Part shown: piece by piece, positions 1 to 9,000 of the stretch | Numbering within the stretch: the first letter of the stretch is position 1 | Layout of the letters: every line of letters starts with the position of its first letter | Source of the DNA: an uncultured Clostridia bacterium | Lineage (GTDB): Bacteria; Acidobacteriota; Aminicenantia; UBA2199 | Length of the DNA: 64,000 nucleotides | Assembly: GCA_964479735.1 (NCBI GenBank) | Contig: CAYZNT010000005.1 | Coordinates: 68,194 to 132,193, forward strand | Reading direction: 5' to 3' | Translations under genes and position numbers: made by a program | The notes under the pieces: model-generated | Databases searched by the model: none | The model's input: the letters and a program-made list of their open reading frames with translations, nothing else | Told to the model about the DNA's origin: nothing

Positions 1-857
1 ATCCACTTGGCCACGTTGTAGGCCATCGCCTGGTAGACCCGCGTGGCCTGCTCGTCGCCCTGCATGACCAGCTCTTCCACGCGTCGCATGTCGTTGATGG
101 CCAGGTGGGCGACGATGCCGCCCTTGCCGGTGATGAGGCGGCGCAGCTGGTCGGGATTGTATTTCCCCGAGAGGGCGAGCTGGACGAGGCTCCAGCTCGG
201 CAGCGATCCGGCCCGCTCCGGGGCGAAGGGGCCGTCGCCGTTGAGGGCGTTGTTGACGTCCATGACCCGCCCCTGACGATGGGCGCCGATCGATATGCCG
301 CCGCCCAGGTGGGCGACGATCAGGTTGCACTCGTCGTATCGCCGGTTCAGCAGCTTCGCCGCCTCGCGCGCTGCGGCCTTCTGGTTCAGGGCGTGGAAGA
401 TGCTGATGCGCTCGATCTCCGGGATGCCGGTCACCCGGGCCAGGTCGTCCATTTCGTCGACCACCACCGGGTCGACGATGTAGCTCGGCACGTTGGCTTC
501 GGTGGCGATCTCCAGGGCCAGCAGCGCGCCCAGGTTGGAGGCGTGCTCCAGCGAATTGTCGCGCAGGTAGGCGACCATCTCCTCGCTGACCCGGTAGGTG
601 CCGGAGGCCATGGGGGTGAGCAGCCCGCCGCGGCCGACGACCGCCGCCAGCTGGCGAACGTCGAAACCGTTGGTGGCCAGGAACTCGAGGATGACCCGCT
701 TGCGGAACCCGTGCTGGTCGATGATGCGCGGGAACGGGGCCAGCTCCTCGGCGGGGTGGGTGATGGTCTGGCCGAAACGCTTCTCCTCGTCGGCGAACAG
801 GGCGACCTTGGTGGAAGTCGACCCGGGATTGATGGCCAGGATGTGTCGTTTTGTCAT
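1..857 (-). CDS. buk: butyrate kinase, N-terminal ~285 aa (C-terminus runs off window start)
   Basis: Reverse-complement translation starting at ATG 855-857 reads MTKRHILAINPGSTSTKVALF... and later HLGGGISIGAH. The INPGSTSTK motif is diagnostic of the butyrate-kinase branch of the acetate/butyrate kinase family. Absent from the ORF track because it is edge-truncated. The antisense 320-aa ORF 105..1067 is spurious. Confidence 0.8.
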   Translation of the reverse strand, partial: MTKRHILAINPGSTSTKVALFADEEKRFGQTITHPAEELAPFPRIIDQHGFRKRVILEFLATNGFDVRQLAAVVGRGGLLTPMASGTYRVSEEMVAYLRDNSLEHASNLGALLALEIATEANVPSYIVDPVVVDEMDDLARVTGIPEIERISIFHALNQKAAAREAAKLLNRRYDECNLIVAHLGGGISIGAHRQGRVMDVNNALNGDGPFAPERAGSLPSWSLVQLALSGKYNPDQLRRLITGKGGIVAHLAINDMRRVEELVMQGDEQATRVYQAMAYNVAKW

Positions 858-983
858 CGGCCACTATACCCTATGTGCGATGTGTTTTCAAGATGCCCGG
901 GCATGTCCGCCCTCCTTCCGTGGTGTCCGATCAAGGTAGCAAAACGGCCGGCGGCTGTCAATCGGTCGGTGGCGGGCTCGTCA

Positions 984-1012
984 TTGACTTGCCCCGCGAA
1001 CGGTGATAGGGT
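984..1012 (+). promoter_or_regulatory. candidate sigma70-type promoter for tRNA-Leu
   Basis: TTGACT (984-989), 17-nt spacer, TG-extended TAGGGT (1007-1012), placed 11 nt upstream of the tRNA 5' end. Confidence 0.3.
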
Positions 1013-1023
1013 TCCCCTCGCCG

Positions 1024-1105
<82 letters not shown>

Positions 1106-1119
1106 CGCCGCCCGGACCC

Positions 1120-1617
1120 ATGCCGCGATCGACCGCCATGCCCGCCGCCCCGCCTCCCTTGAAACGGGCGCTCCGCTGTGCCGCCATCCTGGCGGTGCTG
1201 CTGCTGGCGGTCCCCGCCTGCCGGGTGAGGTACGAACCGCCCGTCGCGGCCGGACGGGAACGGGCCCGCCTGGTCGATCTGGCGCTGCACCTGGTCGGGC
1301 GCCCCTACCGGGCCGGGGGGGACGACATCGACGGCTTCGACTGCAGCGGTTTCGTTTCCTACGTCTATGGGGCCTTCGGCCATCCGCTGCCCCGCAGCGC
1401 CCGCGAGCAGTCTCGCTTGAAGCGACGCATCCCCCTCGGTCGCGCGCAGCCGGCCGACATCCTCCTGTTTCGCCTGGACGGAAAGTGGCATTCCGGCCTG
1501 TACCTCGGCGCCGGCCGCTTCGTGCACGCGCCCAGCACGGGCAAGTCGGTGCGCGTCGTGGAACTCGACGGCTACTGGCGCCGGGCGCTGGTCGCCGTGA
1601 TCGACCGGCTGGGCTGA
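1120..1617 (+). CDS. NlpC/P60 family cell-wall peptidase (lipoprotein-type signal)
   Basis: GRPYRAGGDDIDGFDCSGFVSYVY catalytic Cys motif; signal peptide with LLLAVPAC lipobox-like segment. The track ORF start at 1003 would overlap the tRNA, so the first ATG after the tRNA (1120) is taken; 1138 is an alternative start. Confidence 0.8.
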   Translation: MPRSTAMPAAPPPLKRALRCAAILAVLLLAVPACRVRYEPPVAAGRERARLVDLALHLVGRPYRAGGDDIDGFDCSGFVSYVYGAFGHPLPRSAREQSRLKRRIPLGRAQPADILLFRLDGKWHSGLYLGAGRFVHAPSTGKSVRVVELDGYWRRALVAVIDRLG

Positions 1618-1619
1618 TC

Positions 1620-2306
1620 ATGGGCGATCCGTTGCTGGCAGTGGAAAAGGTCGTCAAGGGATTCGCCATGCCCGACCGCAGCCGGCTGGTCATCCTGGAC
1701 GGCCTCGATCTGGAGATCGAAGCCGGCACGATCCAGGCGGTCAGCGGGGCGTCCGGGTCGGGCAAGAGCACGCTGCTGCACCTGCTCGGCGCGCTGGATC
1801 GGCCGGACCGGGGAACCGTGCGCTTCGCCGGCCGCGACGTGCACCGGTTGCGCGGTCGCGAGCTGGAAGAGTACCGAAACCGCCGGGTCGGCTTCGTATT
1901 CCAGTTCCACTACCTGATGCCCGAGCTGACGGTTCGCGAGAACGTCGCCGCCCCCCTGCTGCTGCGCCGGTTCGACCGCCGCCGCGCCTTCCCGGCTGCC
2001 GACGACCTGCTGGCCCGGGTCGGACTGGCCGACAAGGGCGACCAGATGCCTCACCGGCTCTCCGGTGGCGAGCGGCAGCGGGCGGCCATCGCCCGGGCGC
2101 TGGTCACCGGTCCGCAGCTGCTGCTGGCCGACGAGCCGACCGGGAGCCTGGACATGAAGACCGGCGCCGCCGTGTTCCAGCTGTTCCGCGACCTGCTGCG
2201 CGAACGAGGCCTGACCGCCCTGGTGGTCACCCACAACCCGCTGATCGCCGCCCAGGCAGACCGCCGGCACCTGCTCCGCGACGGCCAGTTGCAGCCTCAG
2301 GAGTGA
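1620..2306 (+). CDS. ABC transporter ATP-binding protein, LolD/MacB/FtsE-like
   Basis: Walker A GASGSGKST, signature LSGGERQR, Walker B LLLADEPTGSLD, and a start typical of LolD-type ATPases. ATG at 1620 follows the NlpC stop by 2 nt. Confidence 0.9.
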   Translation: MGDPLLAVEKVVKGFAMPDRSRLVILDGLDLEIEAGTIQAVSGASGSGKSTLLHLLGALDRPDRGTVRFAGRDVHRLRGRELEEYRNRRVGFVFQFHYLMPELTVRENVAAPLLLRRFDRRRAFPAADDLLARVGLADKGDQMPHRLSGGERQRAAIARALVTGPQLLLADEPTGSLDMKTGAAVFQLFRDLLRERGLTALVVTHNPLIAAQADRRHLLRDGQLQPQE

Positions 2307-2317
2307 ATTCGTTTCTG

Positions 2318-2346
2318 TTGACTTTTCGTCCCCGCCCCTCTATCAT
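2318..2346 (+). promoter_or_regulatory. sigma70-type promoter of the chemosensory operon (leaderless start)
   Basis: TTGACT (2318-2323), exact 17-nt spacer, TATCAT (2341-2346). The ATG at 2356 lies 9 nt after the -10, so the transcript should start at or within about 3 nt of the ATG. No Shine-Dalgarno sequence. Confidence 0.5.
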
Positions 2347-2355
2347 GGCAGGGCG

Positions 2356-3105
2356 ATGAGAAAAATCATTTTTGCCAATCGCAAGGGCGGAAGCGGAAAG
2401 ACAACCGTCGTGGTCAACATCGCCTTCCTGCTCGCGCAGAAACGGCGCCGCGTGCTGGTGATCGACCTCGATTCACAATCGCACTCCACCTTCTACCTGG
2501 GGGGCGCCCCCGACGTGTCCGCGCACACCCTGCAGGGGCTTCTCGACGGATCGGAGCCGTTGGCCGCGCTGGTCCAGCCGACCCGCCATGACCACCTCAG
2601 CCTGCTGCCCTCCACCCGCCACATCGCCGAGCTGAATGAGCGCATCGGCGAGCGCGTCACGTTTCTCGCCGAGGCGCTGGCCGGGGACCTGCCGTTCGAC
2701 TACGTGCTCATCGACCTGCCGCCCTCGCTGGAAAAGATCGTCCTGTGCGGGCTGATCGCCGCCGACGAGGTGCTCATTCCGCTTCAGACCCATTTTTTCC
2801 CGATGCAGGGGCTGGCCCAGCTGGTGCAGCTCGTTACCGAGATCAACCAGCGCTGGAACCCCGGATTGCGGATGAGCGGGATCATCCCCACCCTCTACAA
2901 CGAGCGCACCCGAATCCACCGCGGCGTCATCGACGAGGTCGAGCGGACTTTCGGCCGGAAAATGGTGCTGCCGGGCATCCCCTTCGACATCCGCCTGGCG
3001 GAAGCGCCCAGTTTCCGCGAGCCGATCGCCGTCTACGCGCCCCACAGCAACGCCGCGCGGGCATTCGCCACCCTGGCCGCCCGGATTCTGAGAATGGAGG
3101 CATGA
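2356..3105 (+). CDS. ParA/MinD-family P-loop ATPase (chemosensory-array partitioning type, ParC/PpfA-like)
   Basis: Deviant Walker A KGGSGKTT at the N-terminus and VIDLDSQ switch region. First gene of a che operon and 4 nt from the next ORF. Confidence 0.8.
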   Translation: MRKIIFANRKGGSGKTTVVVNIAFLLAQKRRRVLVIDLDSQSHSTFYLGGAPDVSAHTLQGLLDGSEPLAALVQPTRHDHLSLLPSTRHIAELNERIGERVTFLAEALAGDLPFDYVLIDLPPSLEKIVLCGLIAADEVLIPLQTHFFPMQGLAQLVQLVTEINQRWNPGLRMSGIIPTLYNERTRIHRGVIDEVERTFGRKMVLPGIPFDIRLAEAPSFREPIAVYAPHSNAARAFATLAARILRMEA

Positions 3106-3109
3106 CGGC

Positions 3110-3652
3110 ATGAAAGCCAGGAAAGGACTGGGCATGGGCATGCAGGACCTCCTGCGGTTGACCATGGGAGCGGAGCCGGAGGCCCCTGAGCGTCCTCCCA
3201 CCGGGACGGCAGCCCGGCGCCCCAAGCCGGCGGTTGGACGCAGGTCGCAAGCCGCAACACCCGTTCCGGCCGGGGACCCATCCGCCGCCCGTCGCCGGGA
3301 GCTCGAGGAAGAGAACGATCGCCTGCGCCGCCGGCTCGAGCTGGCGGAGGCTGCCGGCGGGGAACCGTCGCCTGCCGTGGACGGCGAGGCGCTCTACCTC
3401 GCCGCGCTGGGGGCATTGAAAGAGGGGAGGGCCGCCGAGGCCCTGAAACAGCTGCTGGTTTTGGTTCACTTCCAGCCCGGGCACGTCAAGGCGTGGAACA
3501 ACCTGGGCGTGGCGTTCTACGAACTGGGCCTGGGCGACGAGGCCGGCGCCGCGTTCCGGCGCGTGCTGGAACTGGAGCCGGATCACCCGGCGGCCCGTGA
3601 GAACCTGCTGGCACTCGAGGCCGGCCCGGAACCGACAGGAGGCGACTCATGA
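3110..3652 (+). CDS. TPR-repeat protein with N-terminal Ala/Pro/Arg-rich and coiled-coil segment
   Basis: Two to three TPR-like helical hairpins (AEALKQLLVLVHFQPGHVKAWNNLGVAFYELGLGDEAGAAFRRVLELEPDHPAA). Overlaps the downstream gene by 4 nt (ATGA). Confidence 0.7.
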   Translation: MKARKGLGMGMQDLLRLTMGAEPEAPERPPTGTAARRPKPAVGRRSQAATPVPAGDPSAARRRELEEENDRLRRRLELAEAAGGEPSPAVDGEALYLAALGALKEGRAAEALKQLLVLVHFQPGHVKAWNNLGVAFYELGLGDEAGAAFRRVLELEPDHPAARENLLALEAGPEPTGGDS

Positions 3653-5955
3653 GCGCAGGCACCCAGGTCCAGGCCGTGACGACGCCCCGGCCGGCGGAGG
3701 AGCAGGGCAGCGAAATCATGCTCGTGTCCTTCCGGCTGGGGACGGAGGAGTTCGGCATCGACATCGCCAAGGTGCAGGAGATCCTGCGCCTGCCGGACAT
3801 CACGCCCATTCCGCGCAGCCCGGAGCACCTCACCGGCATCACCAACATCCGCGGCTCCATCCTGCCGGTGATCAATGCCAAGATCCGGCTGAAATTGACC
3901 CATGGAGAGGCGGACGAGCGCAATCGCGTGCTGGTCGTCTCCCACGCCGGTTCGCTGACCGGGATGATCGTCGACGAGGTGCACGAGGTGATGCGCATCG
4001 ACAGCCGCAGCATCGAGCCGCCCCCGCCGGTGACGCGCGGCATCGACCGCTTTTTCCTCTCCGGCATCGTCAAGCTGGACGGGGAGCGGCTGGTGATGAT
4101 GCTCAACCTGGACGAGTTCCTGCACGTCGAGGTGCAGCGCCAGGAGTCCCAGCAGCTGACGAGCCGCGAGACCGCGGCGGCGGCGGAAGCCCAGGTCGTG
4201 CGCCAGGAGCAGCTGGTATCCTTCTTCCTGGGGACGGACGAGTTCGCGTTCGACATCGCCGCGGTGCACGAGATCATCCGCGCCCGCGAGATCACCGCGG
4301 TGCCCAATGTGCCCGATTTCGTGGTCGGCATCCAGACGTTGCGCGACACCATCCTGCCGGTGATCGACCTGCGTCGGATCGTGCAGAAGGAAGCGCTGGG
4401 AGAGGAGAGCCGGCAGCGCATCCGCCAGCTGATCGCCTCCCACGCGGAGTGGTCCGATGCCCTGGAACGGGCGGTGAAATCGGGGGTCCCCTTCGACAAG
4501 CCCGTCGATCCGCGCCAGTGCGCCCTGGGCCAGATGCTGGAAGACCGCCAGCGCGGTGTGGCCCTGTTGGGCAGCTCCCTGTTCGGCAAGCTCAACTCGC
4601 GCATCCGCCCGCCGCACAACCGCCTGCACGACAGCGCCCGGCAGGCGATGCAGTGGGCGGCGGGTGAACAGGAACGGGTCCGCGAGGGAGTCGTGGAAGT
4701 GAATCGCTCCGCGCAAAGCCAGGTGACGGACATCTTGGAAGAGGCCCACGTCCAGGTGCTGGACTCCCTGCGCCGCGAACAGAAGGTTCTCGTCGTCGAA
4801 AGCCGCGGTACCACGTTCGGGCTGCTGGTCGATCGCATCAACGAGGTCCTCCGCATCGCCGCCGACAGCATCGACTCGACGCCGGCGCTGATCTCCGGGT
4901 ACGGACGCGAGCTCAAGGGAGTGGCCAAGCTCGACGGCGGCGGCCGCCTGATCATGATGCTGGACGAGCATGCGGTCATCAGCCAGCAGGAGGCGGAGGC
5001 GCTGTCGCAGATCGGCGAGCACGAGAAGCGGGGAGCCCAGAAAAAGACGGAGCAGGTGGACAAGAGCCAGCTGGTGGTCTTCACCATCCACGGTGAGGAG
5101 TTCGGCGTCGCCATCGACCGCGTGCGGGAGATCTTCAAGATCAGCGACATCACCCCGGTTCCCAAGGCCCCGGAATTCGTGGCCGGCCTGACCAACCTGC
5201 GCGGCACCATCATCCCGGTCATCAACGTGCGGCGCCGTTTCGGAATGGTCGACGTGCAGCGCGAGTTCCACGATACGCTGGCGGAGGTCGATCGGCGATT
5301 CCAGGGCCTGCGCCAGGCCCTGCAGGCGGCGATGGCCACCGGCGCTTTCGACGAGGCGCGCCGGGTGGTGGAGCACGCCGAGCTGGGGTCGTTCCTCGAC
5401 GGATTCCAAACCACCAACGACGGCCTCTCCCGCCGCGTCGCCGAGTTGCAGGCGATGTTTCTCGACCTCCAGGCCGAGATTCTCAAGAGCGTGCAGATGA
5501 GCGGCCGCAACCGGGACCGCGGCCAGGAGCTGTTCGACGGCCCGGTGCAGGCTGACATCGCCCGTTTCGAGGCGCACCTTCAGGCGGCCCGGGCGAGCAG
5601 CGGCACCGACCTGCTGCGCGAGGAGAAGATCCTGGTGGTCGCCGCCTCGGGGCTGGCCATCGGCCTCCTGGTGGACAGCGTCCACGAAGTCGTGTCGGTC
5701 CCGCTCTCGGCCATCGAGCCGACTCCCGACCTGGTGCTCGACCAGGTGGAGTCCGCCTACCTGGACGGCATCGCCAAGCTGAACCACGGACAGCGCATGA
5801 TCCTGCTGCTGAACATCGACGAGATCCTCTCCAAGGCGCAGTTCGAGAAGCTGCTCAAGCTGCAAGTCGGGGCCGAAGCGGAAGCGGCCGGGGCTCCGTC
5901 CCCGGCCACCGCCCCGCGCCGCGAACCCCGGCGCAAGCTGAAGATCGAGGAGTGA
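3649..5955 (+). CDS. penta-CheW-domain scaffold protein with embedded CZB-like zinc-binding motif
   Basis: Five CheW-like segments (approx aa 24-160, 187-250, 379-445, 474-532, 660-730), e.g. LVSFRLGTEEFGIDIAKVQEI, LVSFFLGTDEFAFDIAAVHEI, LVVFTIHGEEFGVAIDRVREI. Between domains 2 and 3 lies HAEW-x22-CALGQM-x26-HNRLH, matching the chemoreceptor zinc-binding (CZB) motif. Confidence 0.85.
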   Translation: MSAGTQVQAVTTPRPAEEQGSEIMLVSFRLGTEEFGIDIAKVQEILRLPDITPIPRSPEHLTGITNIRGSILPVINAKIRLKLTHGEADERNRVLVVSHAGSLTGMIVDEVHEVMRIDSRSIEPPPPVTRGIDRFFLSGIVKLDGERLVMMLNLDEFLHVEVQRQESQQLTSRETAAAAEAQVVRQEQLVSFFLGTDEFAFDIAAVHEIIRAREITAVPNVPDFVVGIQTLRDTILPVIDLRRIVQKEALGEESRQRIRQLIASHAEWSDALERAVKSGVPFDKPVDPRQCALGQMLEDRQRGVALLGSSLFGKLNSRIRPPHNRLHDSARQAMQWAAGEQERVREGVVEVNRSAQSQVTDILEEAHVQVLDSLRREQKVLVVESRGTTFGLLVDRINEVLRIAADSIDSTPALISGYGRELKGVAKLDGGGRLIMMLDEHAVISQQEAEALSQIGEHEKRGAQKKTEQVDKSQLVVFTIHGEEFGVAIDRVREIFKISDITPVPKAPEFVAGLTNLRGTIIPVINVRRRFGMVDVQREFHDTLAEVDRRFQGLRQALQAAMATGAFDEARRVVEHAELGSFLDGFQTTNDGLSRRVAELQAMFLDLQAEILKSVQMSGRNRDRGQELFDGPVQADIARFEAHLQAARASSGTDLLREEKILVVAASGLAIGLLVDSVHEVVSVPLSAIEPTPDLVLDQVESAYLDGIAKLNHGQRMILLLNIDEILSKAQFEKLLKLQVGAEAEAAGAPSPATAPRREPRRKLKIEE

Positions 5956-5962
5956 GCAGCGG

Positions 5963-7072
5963 ATGAGCGCCGCGGCCGAACGCGCACCGATCCGGGTGCT
6001 GGTCTGCGACGATTCGGCCCTCATCCGCATGGCCCTGAAACGGATGATCGAGAACGACGCCGAGCTCTGCTACGCGGGCTTCGCCCGCGACGGCGAGGAT
6101 GCGGTGGAGAAGGCCCGCCAGCTGAGGCCCGACGTGATCGTCATGGACGTGGTCATGCCCCGCATGGACGGAATCGCCGCCTTGCGCGAGATCGTCGCCC
6201 AGAAACCCGCCCCCCCGGTGATCATCTTCTCCTCCTCGACGACCGAGGGCGCGGAGCGGACCATCGAGGCCATCGAACAGGGCGCTTTCGACTGCGTGGC
6301 GAAGCCGCGCGGCATGGAGAGCCTGGCGGCGCTGGAGCGAGAGATCGTGGACAAGATCAAGAGCGCGGCCGGGTCCGTCCCGGGACCGGGCGCGCCGGCT
6401 CCGGTCCGGGCCGCCCCTGCGCGCCCCGAGAGCCGGCCGTCCCTGCCGGCCCGCCGGCCCGGCGAGCGCGGGAACTACCCCTTCAAGGCCGTCGCCCTGG
6501 GCATCTCCACCGGCGGTCCGAAGTCCATCTTCGAGGTGCTGCCGCTCTTGCCGGCCGGACTGCCGGCAGCGGTGATCGTCGTGCAGCACATGCCGCCCGA
6601 ATTCACCGGCGCGTTCGCCAAGCGCATCCACAGCCGCACCCGCATGCCCTGTGTCGAATCGGAGGCGGGCATGGCCATCCAGCCCGGCCACATCTACGTC
6701 GCCCGCGGAGGATACCACTTCAAGCTGCTCAGCCGGCCGGGACGGGAACTGCTGGTCCGCCAGACCACGGAACCCAAGCACCTGTTCATGCCGTCCGTAG
6801 ACGTGATGATGGAGGCGGTGCTGGAGTGCTTCCGCGCCGACACCGTCGGCGTGCTGATGACCGGCATGGGGTGGGACGGCGCCGCTGGCATGCTCAAGAT
6901 CCACCAGCAGGGCGGCGTCACCATCGCCGAGAGCGAGGAGACGGCCATCGTGTTCGGCATGCCCCAGGAGGCGATCCGGCGGGGCGGGGCCCAGGTGGTC
7001 GCGCCCCACCGGCGGATCGCGGAGGAAATCGTGCGGGGCGTGAATGCCTGCCCCGAAGAGGGAGTCCCATGA
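5963..7072 (+). CDS. cheB: chemotaxis response regulator protein-glutamate methylesterase
   Basis: N-terminal receiver (IRVLVCDDSALIR...DVIVMDVVMPRMDG) plus C-terminal CheB methylesterase (GISTGGP, VVQHMPPEFT). Confidence 0.95.
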   Translation: MSAAAERAPIRVLVCDDSALIRMALKRMIENDAELCYAGFARDGEDAVEKARQLRPDVIVMDVVMPRMDGIAALREIVAQKPAPPVIIFSSSTTEGAERTIEAIEQGAFDCVAKPRGMESLAALEREIVDKIKSAAGSVPGPGAPAPVRAAPARPESRPSLPARRPGERGNYPFKAVALGISTGGPKSIFEVLPLLPAGLPAAVIVVQHMPPEFTGAFAKRIHSRTRMPCVESEAGMAIQPGHIYVARGGYHFKLLSRPGRELLVRQTTEPKHLFMPSVDVMMEAVLECFRADTVGVLMTGMGWDGAAGMLKIHQQGGVTIAESEETAIVFGMPQEAIRRGGAQVVAPHRRIAEEIVRGVNACPEEGVP

Positions 7073-8154
7073 CCAACGAGGAATGGAAGGAAACTCTGCG
7101 CGTGCTTCGTGTGGGCAGCCCCGAGAACAAGCTGGCGCTGCTGGACGAGTTGCAGAAGACGGCGGACGGCTCCATGGTCGAGCCGCTGGTGGAGATCCTC
7201 GAGGCGGAGCGCAACCGGGCGGTCAAGGAACGGGTGTTCCTGGTTCTGAGCCGGGCGCTGCCGGAGGGCCACTTCGCATCCATCGACCGGCTGCTGCGCT
7301 CCGCCGACCCGTTCGTGCGCAACGGCGCGGTCGAGATCATCAAGCGCAACGACATTCCGCTGATCCAGTTCTTCGAGAAACTGGCCGAGGACGAGAACAA
7401 GGACGTGCGCAAGTTCGTCATCGACGCCTTGTCCCAGGAGCGCACGCCGAAGTCGATCGACATCATCCGCCGCCGGCTGACCGACCCCGACGTCAACATC
7501 GTCTACACGGCCATCGAGTACCTCGGCAATTTCCGTGACCGGGACTCCGTGGGGGCCATCGAGGAAGCGTTGTTCGCGACGGACCGGACCATGGTGATCT
7601 GCGCCGCCCTGGAAGCGCTGGCCAAGATCGGCGTCAGCAATCGCCGGGCCGAGGTCATGGCGAAGTTCTCGCCCAGCACCGACACGCTGCTGATCTTCTC
7701 CATGCTGAAGTACCTGGAGTCGTTCGGCACCGTGGACGACATCGCCTACATCGAGTCGATGCTGGTCGACAAGGTCGGGACCTGCCTGAAGGAAATGATC
7801 GACGCCCTGGACGGCATCCTCGGCCGCACCCAGACCGACGTGCCTGTCTCCCTGCGCGAGCAGTTCGCCCGGGTGCTCGATCTCGGCATCAACCAGGTCG
7901 ACCGGTACGCCATCAACAAGCTGCTGGCGCGCGGCGAGGGGGGAGACTCCCTGGAGCGGGCCCGGAAGCAGCTGGAGGAGGAGGACGTGATGGCCCGGCT
8001 GTCGGCCGTCGAGATCATCGCCGAAAAGGGAGACGCGGACGACATCCCCCGCCTGGAGGAGATCGCCGGCGAAACCGACAGCGACGAGCTGCTGGAGGCG
8101 ATCGGCGACGCGGTGATGAAGATCCGCGATCGGCATTCCGACGGCGGGGGGTGA
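7069..8154 (+). CDS. HEAT/PBS-lyase-like repeat protein
   Basis: Tandem ~30-aa HEAT-like repeats (DPFVRNGAVEIIKRN, NKDVRKFVIDALSQ, DPDVNIVYTAIEYLG, MARLSAVEIIAEKG). Start ATG overlaps the cheB stop (ATGA), indicating translational coupling inside the che operon. Confidence 0.75.
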   Translation: MTNEEWKETLRVLRVGSPENKLALLDELQKTADGSMVEPLVEILEAERNRAVKERVFLVLSRALPEGHFASIDRLLRSADPFVRNGAVEIIKRNDIPLIQFFEKLAEDENKDVRKFVIDALSQERTPKSIDIIRRRLTDPDVNIVYTAIEYLGNFRDRDSVGAIEEALFATDRTMVICAALEALAKIGVSNRRAEVMAKFSPSTDTLLIFSMLKYLESFGTVDDIAYIESMLVDKVGTCLKEMIDALDGILGRTQTDVPVSLREQFARVLDLGINQVDRYAINKLLARGEGGDSLERARKQLEEEDVMARLSAVEIIAEKGDADDIPRLEEIAGETDSDELLEAIGDAVMKIRDRHSDGGG

Positions 8155-8157
8155 GGC

Positions 8158-8991
8158 ATGGAACTCACGGTCGAGGACTTCATCAAGTTCCGGAACCTGA
8201 TCTACGAGAAGGCCGGGCTCTACTTCGAAACCAAGAAGATCTACTTCGTTCACAAGCGGCTGGAGAACCGCGTACTGGCGCTCAACCTGCCCTCCTACGA
8301 CGAGTACCTGAACCGCCTCAAGTTCCAAGACCGCAGCGGAGAGGAGATGCAGAACCTGATCAACCAGCTGACCACGAACGAGACCTATTTCTTCCGCGAG
8401 TACAACCAGATGCAGGTGTTCGTCTCCGATTGCCTGGGCGAGGTCCGCGAGCGAAAGCTGAAGGCCGGCGACCGCACGCTGCGCATCTGGTCGGCCGGCT
8501 GTTCGTCGGGCGAGGAGGCCTACACGCTGGCCATCCTGCTGCTCGAAAACCTGAAGGACCGCCTGTTGTGGACCTTCGACATTTTCGGCTCCGACATCGA
8601 CACCGAGATCCTGCGGCGGGCGCGCGAGGCGAGCTACAACGAGCGATCGGTCAAGGACGTGCCCCCGCCGCTGCTGGCCAAGTATTTCCAGCCCGTCCCG
8701 GGCGGATTCAACCTGCTTCCCGCCGTGAAGTCGATGGTCAGCTTCCGCCACCTCAACCTGTTCGACGCCGCCCAGATGCGGCAGATCAAGGGCGTCGACT
8801 TCATCTTCTGCCGCAACGTGCTGATCTATTTCGACGACATGTCGCGCAAGGCGGTGGTGGCCAGCTTCTACGACAGCCTGAATCCCGGCGGCTACATCTA
8901 TCTCGGGCACGCCGAATCCGTCAGCCGCATCAACACGGCGTTCGCGATCAAGCGCATGGGCGGCCTGATCGTCCACCAGAAACCGGAGTAG
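8158..8991 (+). CDS. cheR: chemotaxis protein methyltransferase
   Basis: CheR N-terminal helical domain plus SAM-binding motifs (RIWSAGCSSGEEAYTLAILL, FDIFGSDIDTEIL, IFCRNVLIYFD). Confidence 0.95.
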   Translation: MELTVEDFIKFRNLIYEKAGLYFETKKIYFVHKRLENRVLALNLPSYDEYLNRLKFQDRSGEEMQNLINQLTTNETYFFREYNQMQVFVSDCLGEVRERKLKAGDRTLRIWSAGCSSGEEAYTLAILLLENLKDRLLWTFDIFGSDIDTEILRRAREASYNERSVKDVPPPLLAKYFQPVPGGFNLLPAVKSMVSFRHLNLFDAAQMRQIKGVDFIFCRNVLIYFDDMSRKAVVASFYDSLNPGGYIYLGHAESVSRINTAFAIKRMGGLIVHQKPE

Positions 8992-9000
8992 GAGAATCCC

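Noticed and set aside
5266-5600. Second CZB domain between CheW4 and CheW5
   Set aside because: Only a partial resemblance (HDTL ... HAELGSF). It lacks the Cys and the HxxxH. Noted as a possible degenerate duplicate inside finding 2, not as a feature.
3583-6030. 815-aa and 690-aa minus-strand ORFs antisense to the penta-CheW gene. Other very long antisense ORFs: 6694..9270 -, 9444..13805 -, 13809..15410 -, 15329..17320 -, 18428..21262 -, 22232..23854 -, 26304..28061 -, 28827..32010 -, 34547..36640 -, 46833..50216 -, 56016..59084 -.
   Set aside because: High GC suppresses stop codons on the antisense strand. These translations are Arg/Ala/Gly/Pro-rich and low-complexity, with no recognisable motifs, whereas the opposite strand encodes clear families (CheW, CheA, S9 peptidase, P-type ATPase, PGI, PKD and others).
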